A model generated the notes under the pieces. The model saw nothing but the letters and a program-made list of their open reading frames with translations, was not told the DNA's origin and made no database searches. This document shows, in pieces, positions 16,054 through 24,544 of a stretch of 64,000 nt of DNA (position 1 is its first letter; each line of letters starts with the position of its first letter). The position numbers were made by a program, and so were the translations under genes. This stretch comes from an uncultured Planctomycetales bacterium (GTDB lineage Bacteria > Omnitrophota > Gorgyraeia > Gygaellales > Profunditerraquicolaceae), in the NCBI GenBank assembly GCA_964467905.1, contig CAYXSY010000004.1:1182-65181 (forward strand), read 5' to 3'.

Positions 16054-17418
16054 ATGAACACATTTTTCAGCTATCAAGCAATAGATAAAGAAGGTAAGCA
16101 TTGCGGTGGTATAGTTGAGGCAGTTAATCAGGATCAGGCAGTTAAAAAACTACAAGAACAGGGGCTAATTATAACTTCTTGCCTAATGGTGTCGAATAAA
16201 GGGGATAGAAATTCTATTCCAGTCAGCTGGTTCTTTATATCTTGCGGCGTGATTATTCTTCTCGTTATTTTTAGTGCCTCGCTATTTTTTATCCGAATGG
16301 CTTCTAATTCCAGAGATGATTTAATAAAAGGAGGCCATAGCGATAAAGTTGATAAGCAAAAATTTGATAAAGTATATCGTGCTGCGAAAACGCTTACTGC
16401 CTCAATTGAAGGAGGAATTAGCTATCCAAAATTGCAAGAACTAAACCGTGATTTCCTTACAGAGATTTCTATAGCAGAAGATAGCGTTATTACAGATAAA
16501 GAAAAGAAAGTTATAGAATTATATAAAGCAGCTTATTCCGACTATTCAATAGGCGAGACTGTTTGGGAAGCTATTATTAAATATAGTCTCGATAACCATT
16601 GGCATCAGTATCCTGGCAAAAGTAAGTTGGTTTTTGAAAAATTGAAACCAATTATAGAGCAATTCGGATTAGTATTGGTTTCTAAGCAAACAGAATATGA
16701 TGGAACAATGTATGAATTGCCTAAAACGGAACTTTCAAAAATTTGGATTGCTGCAAAAGAATATATTGATGAAGCAAACGCAATTATATTGGACAATAAA
16801 GTTATCGAAGACGCCGGGGCTGAATTACCAAGTCCAATATCTAACAGAGCGCAGGAATCTAATGGCGAGGAAGAACTATTTCAGAAAGCCAAAGCCGAGA
16901 ACAAAATCCAATCCTATAAATATTTTTTGATGCGTTTTCCTAATGGTATATTTTCTGTTGACGCGCAGAATTTATTGGAAAAGCGTTATAGCGAGGGTAT
17001 CAAAGCATGTTCTGATTTAATTATTGAAGCGGTAGATTACTGTTTAAGAGTTTGTTCTGGATATTCAGATATATGGAGCATTTCTACAAAGAGTCGCTAT
17101 TTGAATTTTAATGAACAAGTTTTATCGATGCAAAAAGAATTTAAAGCTAAAGGAATATTAGAAGAAATAAACAAGACTAAACTAAAACTGGAAGAGTTTA
17201 TGAGGAAATTTATTGATCCACCTCCCAAGTATAGTGAAGCATACAAAAAACTTGTGGAATTATATGGAGTATATTCTCAGATATATGCGTTAGCAATACA
17301 GCCTACGGGATCATTGGCTACATTTAATAATTCCATTAACACCTTAAAAAGTAAAACCATCAGTCTAAAAAGTGAATTAGATGCTATGATTAATATGCCT
17401 CTTGATAATAATCCCTAA
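16054..17418 (+). CDS. membrane protein with GspF/PilC-N-terminal-like head domain, one TM helix and a large uncharacterised helical domain
   Basis: MNTFFSYQAIDKEGKHCGGIVEAVNQDQAVKKLQEQGLII resembles the N-terminal module of T2SS/T4P platform protein F. TM helix WFFISCGVIILLVIFSASLFFI. I recognise nothing in the remainder. Confidence 0.5.
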   Translation: MNTFFSYQAIDKEGKHCGGIVEAVNQDQAVKKLQEQGLIITSCLMVSNKGDRNSIPVSWFFISCGVIILLVIFSASLFFIRMASNSRDDLIKGGHSDKVDKQKFDKVYRAAKTLTASIEGGISYPKLQELNRDFLTEISIAEDSVITDKEKKVIELYKAAYSDYSIGETVWEAIIKYSLDNHWHQYPGKSKLVFEKLKPIIEQFGLVLVSKQTEYDGTMYELPKTELSKIWIAAKEYIDEANAIILDNKVIEDAGAELPSPISNRAQESNGEEELFQKAKAENKIQSYKYFLMRFPNGIFSVDAQNLLEKRYSEGIKACSDLIIEAVDYCLRVCSGYSDIWSISTKSRYLNFNEQVLSMQKEFKAKGILEEINKTKLKLEEFMRKFIDPPPKYSEAYKKLVELYGVYSQIYALAIQPTGSLATFNNSINTLKSKTISLKSELDAMINMPLDNNP

Positions 17419-17438
17419 TCTGATCGCTGAGGCACGCA

Positions 17439-18032
17439 ATGAAAGTTACCTTAAATTTTCAAGATATTGATAACGCATATACTTCAGGAAACTTTTCTGC
17501 TGCAGTTAACTGTGCTCATAATTTTCTTCAGAAAGCGTTATATTTCTGTTTAGCGGAAGCTTTAATTTATCTCAATTGTCATTCTAAACTTATTAGAATA
17601 TGTATCAAAAATAATCATCCCGATGCTGTTAGATATCAAAAAGAATTCAAGGGCGCAGAGTATTATATCCGGCAGATTCATATGGATGATGTTAGTCTGA
17701 AGAACTTTGAAATTACAGAAGCTTTTGCTATTGGCTTAATTTCAGAAACAGAATATGCAGAGGTTAAGAATGTTAAAGATTTTAGGGATAAAAAATCAGC
17801 ACACAATCTTTATTTTGATAAAATGGTATCTGCTGGTCAAATACCAAGAACAGAAATAAGGGAAATCATCGATTCGGCAAAAGGTCTTATAACTAAGATT
17901 AATGTCAGGAAAGACCGGGTTGCTAAAGAAAGCTTAACTGAGACTGTGAATAATTTCGGTAAAAATATAAATGAAGTTTTAAGTAAGCACACGATTGATA
18001 AATTATTGCAGATTATTGCAAGAGAGGATTGA
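17439..18032 (+). CDS. hypothetical protein, possibly HEPN-like
   Basis: 197 aa, all-helical look. N-terminal SGNFSAAVNCAHNFLQKAL resembles HEPN helix 1/2. FRDKKSAHNLY fits an R-x5-H variant of the HEPN Rx4-6H motif. The stop overlaps the recombinase start. Confidence 0.4.
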   Translation: MKVTLNFQDIDNAYTSGNFSAAVNCAHNFLQKALYFCLAEALIYLNCHSKLIRICIKNNHPDAVRYQKEFKGAEYYIRQIHMDDVSLKNFEITEAFAIGLISETEYAEVKNVKDFRDKKSAHNLYFDKMVSAGQIPRTEIREIIDSAKGLITKINVRKDRVAKESLTETVNNFGKNINEVLSKHTIDKLLQIIARED

Positions 18033-19690
18033 TGAAATCCGTAATCTATACCAGAGTAAGCAGCAAAGAGCAGGTGGACAAGTATTCTCTTCCCGCACAG
18101 GAGCGAATACTTAAAGAATGCATAGCCAAAGAAGGCCATGAATTTGTTGATATATATACCGATGCCGGCATTTCTGGTGAAAAGATTATCAACAGACCGG
18201 AGTTCCAACGGCTGCTTGTGGATGCTGATGAAAAGAAATTTCAGGCTGTTTGGGTTATAGACCAGGACAGGCTTTCGCGAGGTGATTTGACAGATTTGGC
18301 TTATATAAAGAAAGTTTTTAAGGAAAACAACATACAATTATGTACGCCATACCAAAAGCTGTCTCTCGAAGATGTAGACGATGATTTTATCAGCGATCTC
18401 TTTGGCATTTTAGCTAAGCGCGAAAGATTAAAAATAAAACAGCGCGCAGACAGAGGTAGGCAAATAAAGGCAGAAAAAGGTGAGTGGGGAGGCCGAACCG
18501 CGCCTTTTGGATACAGCTTTGATATCGAGAAAAACAAGCGTTTAGTTATTGACGAAGACGAAGCCCCTATCTATAGACAGATGATTTCTTTATTCTTAAC
18601 CAAGAATTACGGTATTAAGACTATTGCCGCTGAATTGAATAAACAAGGCTTTAGGAACCGTGCTGGCAAGCCATGGAGAATGCAGGCGGTTCACTATATC
18701 TTAAGGAGTCCGACTTACAAGGGTACGCTTGTTCATCAGAAATTCAAGTTTTACTATACCAAGGAAAATAAAAGACGCTGGCGTGACGAAAAGGTATATA
18801 CCGAAATACCTAATGCGCATCCGGCTTTGATTAGCGAAGAAACCTTTGATTTAATCCAGGATAGACTGACGAACAAAAGGAGCTCGCGTGTAGATTTTAA
18901 TTCCCTTCAGTTATTAACCGGCATACTGGAATGTACTTGCTGCCATAATACATTTAAAGTCGGCAGCACAAGCTTTGGTAAATGGCGGCATCAGATTTAC
19001 CGTTGCAAGACGCGTTATGCACATTGGTTTGATAAAGCCAAACCTACCTGCACGATGAAAACATTTCCTCTGGAGGAATATAACAATAAAATCTGGGGTA
19101 CCTTTCAGGAAGTAGCTAGAAGGCCTGAACTTATCAAGACGGCCCTTGAAAAATCAAGGGTGCCTAATTTAACCAGCCTTGAGTTTCATCAAAAAGAATA
19201 CCAACAGGTGACGCAGAGACTCGATAATTTCCAATCCCATAAGGAGAAAGCCATCTCTTTATGTGTAAAAGGCATAATCAGTGAGCAGGAATTCAAAGAA
19301 CAGCTTGCTTCTCTGATTGCGGAAAAGAGGATGCTTGACCAACAGAAGCGGCAATTAGAAGTCAAGGTAGAGTACCTTAAGAAGCTGTCTTCGCAGGATG
19401 TTAGTAAGGATGCCATCCTGAGATACGCCAAATTTTTCTACCAATCAGATAAGAAACTCACCATTAGCCAGAAAAGAAGGATTTTGGAGGCTTTTGTTAG
19501 CAGGATACTTCTATACAGTAACGGCGAATTTGAGCTTATCTTCAAGTTTCCCCTTCCTGATGACTCTCAACTCCAAGAGCTGCAATTGAATACAAATTCA
19601 CGGATACAAGGTGCAGCTCAGAGACGACGTGTTGGACGAGGTTACGAAGCTATATTTCGAGAGGATTCGCGTGAAAATGGAGCTGGATAG
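18029..19690 (+). CDS. large serine recombinase (resolvase/invertase N-terminal domain, recombinase domain, zinc ribbon, coiled coil)
   Basis: VIYTRVSSKEQ catalytic-serine motif. A recombinase domain follows. CTCCHNTF...YRCKTR zinc ribbon. Coiled-coil-like EQEFKEQLASLIAEKRMLDQQKRQLE. The last ~25 codons read through the 35-bp repeat. Confidence 0.9.
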   Translation: MMKSVIYTRVSSKEQVDKYSLPAQERILKECIAKEGHEFVDIYTDAGISGEKIINRPEFQRLLVDADEKKFQAVWVIDQDRLSRGDLTDLAYIKKVFKENNIQLCTPYQKLSLEDVDDDFISDLFGILAKRERLKIKQRADRGRQIKAEKGEWGGRTAPFGYSFDIEKNKRLVIDEDEAPIYRQMISLFLTKNYGIKTIAAELNKQGFRNRAGKPWRMQAVHYILRSPTYKGTLVHQKFKFYYTKENKRRWRDEKVYTEIPNAHPALISEETFDLIQDRLTNKRSSRVDFNSLQLLTGILECTCCHNTFKVGSTSFGKWRHQIYRCKTRYAHWFDKAKPTCTMKTFPLEEYNNKIWGTFQEVARRPELIKTALEKSRVPNLTSLEFHQKEYQQVTQRLDNFQSHKEKAISLCVKGIISEQEFKEQLASLIAEKRMLDQQKRQLEVKVEYLKKLSSQDVSKDAILRYAKFFYQSDKKLTISQKRRILEAFVSRILLYSNGEFELIFKFPLPDDSQLQELQLNTNSRIQGAAQRRRVGRGYEAIFREDSRENGAG

Positions 19691-19805
19691 TTTGCGTATT
19701 GAGGATAGAAAACGCAGGTCAGAGAAGGAATTGAAATTGGCAGAATTGACCGCTTCAATTGATGCCTTAACGGGAGGTTATTTTTCCAAAAACATCAGAA
19801 AATAG
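19617..19805 (+). pseudogene. displaced 3' end fragment of the BNR-repeat gene (putative attR plus original gene tail)
   Basis: Encodes QLRDDVLDEVTKLYFERIRVKMELDSLRIEDRKRRSEKELKLAELTASIDALTGGYFS, about 52/58 residues identical to the C-terminus of the 13268-14857 product. No 5' part, no RBS. Confidence 0.65.
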
Positions 19806-19954
19806 CAAAATCCATCTAAGGCAGATCTTAGGATACGCAAAATAAGCCACGATCTTTTAGCTTCCCACAATTTTCTTGCCAATAAATAATATTTGTGGTA
19901 TCTTATAATCCTATCCCGTCACATTTTAAAAACCTTTTAACCATTTTAAAACTT

Positions 19955-20275
19955 ATGTCTATAGTACATTTTACAGATGCTAATTTTAAGAAAGAAGCAT
20001 TGGAATCATCCTTGCCTGTTCTGGTAGATTTCTGGGCGCCGTGGTGCGGGCCTTGCAAGATGATCGGCCCGTTGGTAGAAGAGTTAAGCAAGGAATACGA
20101 AGGCAAGGTTAAAATTGGCAAGCTTAATGTGGATGAGAATGCAAAAATAGCCACCCACTACGGTATTATGTCTATACCGACACTTATATTTTTAAAAGAC
20201 GGTAAGATTATGGAACAGGCCGTAGGTGTTTTAAGCAAAGCAGAGCTTCGTAAAAAAGTAGAGGCGCTGATTTAG
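19955..20275 (+). CDS. trxA: thioredoxin
   Basis: WAPWCGPCK active site. Length from the ATG at 19955 (106 aa) is typical. The track start at 19895 adds an unsupported extension. Confidence 0.9.
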   Translation: MSIVHFTDANFKKEALESSLPVLVDFWAPWCGPCKMIGPLVEELSKEYEGKVKIGKLNVDENAKIATHYGIMSIPTLIFLKDGKIMEQAVGVLSKAELRKKVEALI

Positions 20276-20328
20276 CAAGCTCCGTTACAAACTATTTTGT
20301 AGCGGGAAGTTAGGAGGTTCGTAACGGG

Positions 20329-21417
20329 GTGAGAAAGCTATTTGTTGCCGCGACTTCGCAGAATGACGGTAAGACGACAGTATCGCTGGGCCTAATCCGC
20401 AATTTTCAGAAACGTTTTAAAAGAATTGGTTTTATCAAACCTATCGGACAAAGGTACCTCGAAGAAGAGGGCCTGAAAATCGACGAAGACTCCATATTAA
20501 TCGAAGAGGTTTGCGGCATAAAATGCGGGCTTAAGGATATGAGTCCCATTGCCGTAGAAAAAGGTTTCACCGAGAAATATATTGCCAAGCCCGATAAGAA
20601 TATTATTACGCGTCAGATAAAGGATGCTTACCGCCGGGTTTCAAAAAGGCAGGATTTAGTTATTATCGAAGGCACTGGGCATGCTGGTGTGGGATCAGTT
20701 TTTGATCATTCTAACGCCAGGGTTGCCAGGTTGTTAGGATCAAAAGTTGTGCTTATTTCTTCCGGTGGCGTAGGCCGGCCGATCGATGAGATTATACTTA
20801 ATAAAGCACTTTTTGATAAAGAGGGCGTTAAATTACTGGGAGTCATTGTTAATAAGGTTTTGCCTTCCAAATTTGATAAGATAAGTAGGCTTGTCAGGAA
20901 AGGTTTGGAGTCACGCGGGATAAAGGTTTTAGGCGTGGTGCCATATGACCCTATGCTTGCCCGGCCGAGTATCGAGCAGATGTTGGAAGAAACTAACTTT
21001 GAGCTTTTGTGTGGCAAGGAATATGTCGAAAGATATGTTTCTTCAGTTATAGTCGGAGCCATGGATTCCAAGGATGCGATAAAATACATCGTTGATGACA
21101 GCCTTCTTATTACAGCCGGGGACAGGCAGGATATGATAATAACCGCGCTTCAGTGTTTCAGGAATTCCGATGAAAAGAAACTGAAGATAGCCGGGTTGAT
21201 TTTATCTTGCGGTATTATTCCGGATGAGCCGATTATGAGTATGCTGAATAAGACCCAGATACCGGTTATGCTGGCAAAATCAGATACTTACGATGTAGCA
21301 ACTACGGTGCATGATTTGACAATTAAAATCAGGCCGCAGGACACAGATAAGGTTAAAACAGCGGTCGATATGATTAAAAATAACGTTAATCTTGAAGCAA
21401 TACTAAAGGGGATTTGA
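20329..21417 (+). CDS. stand-alone Pta N-terminal-like protein (P-loop AAA/CobQ-like plus DRTGG domain)
   Basis: KLFVAATSQNDGKTTVSLGL P-loop start, IIEGTGHAGVG, and a C-terminal DRTGG-like region (LLITAGDRQDMI). This corresponds to the N-terminal part of long (E. coli-type) Pta. Confidence 0.7.
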   Translation: MRKLFVAATSQNDGKTTVSLGLIRNFQKRFKRIGFIKPIGQRYLEEEGLKIDEDSILIEEVCGIKCGLKDMSPIAVEKGFTEKYIAKPDKNIITRQIKDAYRRVSKRQDLVIIEGTGHAGVGSVFDHSNARVARLLGSKVVLISSGGVGRPIDEIILNKALFDKEGVKLLGVIVNKVLPSKFDKISRLVRKGLESRGIKVLGVVPYDPMLARPSIEQMLEETNFELLCGKEYVERYVSSVIVGAMDSKDAIKYIVDDSLLITAGDRQDMIITALQCFRNSDEKKLKIAGLILSCGIIPDEPIMSMLNKTQIPVMLAKSDTYDVATTVHDLTIKIRPQDTDKVKTAVDMIKNNVNLEAILKGI

Positions 21418-22349
21418 AGATGGATACTATAGGTAAAATAAGACAACTAGCTAGAAGCCGCCTGAAGACAATTGTACTTCCTGAATATGATGATAAGCGT
21501 ATGATTGAAGCCGCAAGGATCATAGATGAAGAAAGGATAGCAAAGGTTATATTGTTTACTCCGGATATGGTAAATAGTGACGACCGGGAAAGATATATAG
21601 AGGAATATTACAGGATTCATAAGGCCAAGGATATAGATGTTGATACAGTGCGTAAACTTTTTATGCGAGATACACTCTATTATGCAGCGATGATGACGCG
21701 CGAAGGCAAAGTTGATGGTATCGTCGGCGGGGCATCACATACTACGCCTGATATGGCAAGGGCTGCGATAAGATGCCTGGGTCTTGATGAGAGGCTGACC
21801 GTTGCCTCCAGCTGTTTTATTATGGTTGTCCCTGATTGTCCTTATGGCGATAATGGTACTTTTATTTTTGCCGATTGCGGGATCATTCCGGAGCCAAATG
21901 GGAGGCAGCTGGCATGTATTGCATTCTCTGCTTCAGAATTAGCTGCCAGGGTTCTTGAATTAACTCCGCGCATAGCCATGTTAAGTTATTCTACTAAGGG
22001 CTCGGCAAGAACAAAATCAGCAGAAAAAATACACGAAGCTATAGATTTGCTTAAGGAAATGGCCCCCCAATTGCTTGTTGATGGAGAGCTGCAGGTGGAT
22101 GCGGCAATAGTTCCCGAAGTAGCTAATATTAAATATCCTGATAGTCCTATCGGCGGCAAGGCGAATGTTTTGATATTCCCCAATCTTGAAGCCGGAAATA
22201 TAGGTTATAAACTTACGCAACGTATGTCGGGTGCCCGTGCTTTGGGACCTCTATTTTTGGGGCTGAATAAGCCGGCAAGCGACTTATCGCGCGGATGCTC
22301 TGTCGAGGATATAGTGGATGTTGTTGCCGTTACGGCCATAAGGGCATAA
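21414..22349 (+). CDS. pta: phosphate acetyltransferase (PTA_PTB catalytic domain)
   Basis: 311 aa. IVLPEYDDKRMIEAA, GGASHTT and SYSTKGS motifs. Adjacent to ackA. Confidence 0.9.
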   Translation: MKMDTIGKIRQLARSRLKTIVLPEYDDKRMIEAARIIDEERIAKVILFTPDMVNSDDRERYIEEYYRIHKAKDIDVDTVRKLFMRDTLYYAAMMTREGKVDGIVGGASHTTPDMARAAIRCLGLDERLTVASSCFIMVVPDCPYGDNGTFIFADCGIIPEPNGRQLACIAFSASELAARVLELTPRIAMLSYSTKGSARTKSAEKIHEAIDLLKEMAPQLLVDGELQVDAAIVPEVANIKYPDSPIGGKANVLIFPNLEAGNIGYKLTQRMSGARALGPLFLGLNKPASDLSRGCSVEDIVDVVAVTAIRA

Positions 22350-22353
22350 ATAT

Positions 22354-23412
22354 ATGAGAATACTTGTTATCAATAGCGGCAGTTCTTCTATAAAGTATAA
22401 ACTTTTTTCTATGCCTGCCCAGAGGGTTATTTCAGAAGGGCGGATTGAACATATTGGTGAGCCTGGCGCAGCGGTAGCTGATCATTATACCGGATTAAAA
22501 TCGATTCTTTCCAAAGTTGACGGCGTTGCTGCTGTAGGGCATAGGGTAGTCCATGGAGCAGAAAAGTTCAAGAAGCCGGTATTAGTCGATGATTCGGTAA
22601 TAAGAGATATTAAACAATGTTGTGCTATAGCGCCTTTGCATAATCCGGCTAACTTAGCCGGCATTAATGCCTGCAGGAAGCTCCTGAAGGATGTTAAGCA
22701 GGTCGCTGTATTTGATACAGCTTTTCATCAGAGTATTCCTGCGTATGCTTATATATATGGTTTGCCTTACGAATATTATAATAGATTTTGTATCCGTAAA
22801 TATGGATTTCACGGTACCAGCCATGAATATGTCTCTCACGAGGCAGCCCGCATTCTTAAGAAGCCGCTTCAGAAGCTTAAAATAATTACCTGTCATCTAG
22901 GAAATGGATGTAGTATAGCCGCGGTTTACGCAGGTAAATCTATTGATACAAGCATGGGCTTTACTCCTCTTGAAGGGTTAGTCATGGGTACGCGTTGCGG
23001 AGATATAGACCCGGCATTAGTGACTTATCTTATGAAGAAACTAAAAACCGATATCCAGGGCATTGAGCAGATTCTTAATAAGACAAGCGGATTAAAGGGG
23101 ATATCCGGATTAAGTAATGACATGAGAGTTTTAGAATCGAAAGCCAGAAAAGGCAATAGCAGGGCTAAATTGGCTATAGATATATTTGAGTACCGCATCA
23201 GGAAGTATATAGGTTCATATGCCGCGGTAATGGGAGGCGTTGATATTGTAGTTTTCACTGCCGGGATAGGTGAACATCAGAGCGGTATAAGAAGAAGGGT
23301 GTGTAAAGGGTTGTTTAATTATTTAAAGAAGTCTCCCAGGGTTTTAGTCATTCCTACTAATGAAGAGTTGATGATTGCCCGCCAGACTTATAAGCTGATA
23401 AATAATAAATAG
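22354..23412 (+). CDS. ackA: acetate kinase (compact, 352 aa)
   Basis: ILVINSGSSSIKYKLF, GHRVVHG, FDTAFHQSIP, YGFHGTSH, CHLGNGCS, GTRCGDIDP, FTAGIGE. Confidence 0.9.
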   Translation: MRILVINSGSSSIKYKLFSMPAQRVISEGRIEHIGEPGAAVADHYTGLKSILSKVDGVAAVGHRVVHGAEKFKKPVLVDDSVIRDIKQCCAIAPLHNPANLAGINACRKLLKDVKQVAVFDTAFHQSIPAYAYIYGLPYEYYNRFCIRKYGFHGTSHEYVSHEAARILKKPLQKLKIITCHLGNGCSIAAVYAGKSIDTSMGFTPLEGLVMGTRCGDIDPALVTYLMKKLKTDIQGIEQILNKTSGLKGISGLSNDMRVLESKARKGNSRAKLAIDIFEYRIRKYIGSYAAVMGGVDIVVFTAGIGEHQSGIRRRVCKGLFNYLKKSPRVLVIPTNEELMIARQTYKLINNK

Positions 23413-23427
23413 AAGGGGGAAGGTATA

Positions 23428-23799
23428 ATGTTGCGTTTAATGCTAAAATCTAAAATTCATCGTGCCCGGGTTACAGAGGCCAATCTCTACTATGAGGGAA
23501 GTATAACTATTGATTCTCTTTTGATGAAGGCAGCCGATATTATGGAATATGAAAAAGTAGAAGTGCTCAATCTTAATAACGGCCACCGCCTTGAAACATA
23601 TGCTATCAGAGGAAAACCGGGAAGCGGAGTTATCTGCTTGAATGGTCCGGCCGCAAGAGGAGCGTGTGTGGGGGATCAGATTATAATTGTGGCTTATGGT
23701 ATTTTAGAAGACGGTAAGGCTAGGCTTATTAAGCCGAAAGTTATAAAGGTAGATGGTTCTAACCGTATTAATCCAACTAAAACCGGTAAGAGAAAATAG
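23428..23799 (+). CDS. panD: aspartate 1-decarboxylase
   Basis: [25 protein letters not shown] contains the self-processing G-S site context. Confidence 0.9.
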   Translation: MLRLMLKSKIHRARVTEANLYYEGSITIDSLLMKAADIMEYEKVEVLNLNNGHRLETYAIRGKPGSGVICLNGPAARGACVGDQIIIVAYGILEDGKARLIKPKVIKVDGSNRINPTKTGKRK

Positions 23800-23801
23800 C
23801 A

Positions 23802-24344
23802 ATGGAACACCTAAACATAAAATTCTTGGGCGATCCTGTATTACGCAAGAAGGCTAAGCGTGTGTCCGGCATAAATAAACGGCACCAGGATGTATTAAGT
23901 CAGATGGCCCGCCTCATGTATGATAGTTCAGGTATAGGTTTGGCTGCCCCCCAAGTCGGCTTGAGTGAGGCAATGATTGTTGTTGATGTCGGGAGTGGTT
24001 TATTTAAACTCATAAACCCGGTTATAATAAAGAAGAGCGGTTCCCAGTCACAGGAAGAAGGGTGTCTTAGTCTCCCCGGGATCTGCATTAAAGTAAAAAG
24101 GGCCAAAAACATAGTTATACGTGCCCAGGATGAAAACGGCAAGCATGTTGAAGTAGAGGCCAAAGACTTATTGGCTTGCGTCTTCCAGCATGAGATAGAC
24201 CATCTAAGGGGTAAGCTTATCGTAGATTATGCGTCTTTTTTTGATAAGATTAGACTTAAGAAAAAGATAGAATACTTAAGGCAGAAAGTCAAAGATAATG
24301 AACTGTCCGAATCAGAAAAAAAATCTTGCCAGCTGCAATTGTAG
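23802..24344 (+). CDS. def: peptide deformylase
   Basis: [15 protein letters not shown] and HEIDHL motifs. Confidence 0.92.
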   Translation: MEHLNIKFLGDPVLRKKAKRVSGINKRHQDVLSQMARLMYDSSGIGLAAPQVGLSEAMIVVDVGSGLFKLINPVIIKKSGSQSQEEGCLSLPGICIKVKRAKNIVIRAQDENGKHVEVEAKDLLACVFQHEIDHLRGKLIVDYASFFDKIRLKKKIEYLRQKVKDNELSESEKKSCQLQL

Positions 24345-24495
24345 TTATGAGCCATGCCAGAGGAAAGGCATATGCTGTGAGTGTGTTGCTTACCATCGCA
24401 AGAATTTTGAACTGCCGGCCTGTTTCTTCAGCGATAATATAGAAAAAAGTTATGACCGCTCCGTAAGTGCATTCATCAGGGCAAATAAGGAGTAA
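24298..24495 (+). CDS. small Cys-rich protein (DUF6485-like)
   Basis: 65 aa. [21 protein letters not shown]...PACFF cysteine pattern. Overlaps the def 3' end by 47 nt. Confidence 0.45.
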   Translation: MNCPNQKKNLASCNCSYEPCQRKGICCECVAYHRKNFELPACFFSDNIEKSYDRSVSAFIRANKE

Positions 24496-24544
24496 TTTGT
24501 ATAACAGTCTTACTTAACCCTTTTTTAATCTTACAATCAATCAA

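Larger units (their letters stand above)
14663..19651 (+). mobile_element. integrative island (~5 kb) with a large serine recombinase, bounded by a 35-bp perfect direct repeat
   Basis: CTCAGAGACGACGTGTTGGACGAGGTTACGAAGCT occurs at 14663-14697 and 19617-19651. The recombinase gene abuts the right copy. The cargo genes have no housekeeping identity. Confidence 0.7.

Noticed and set aside
19611-19805. 64-aa ORF as an independent gene
   Set aside because: It is the duplicated C-terminal segment of the BNR gene. It starts inside the recombinase ORF and has no RBS. It is better explained as the displaced gene tail at attR.
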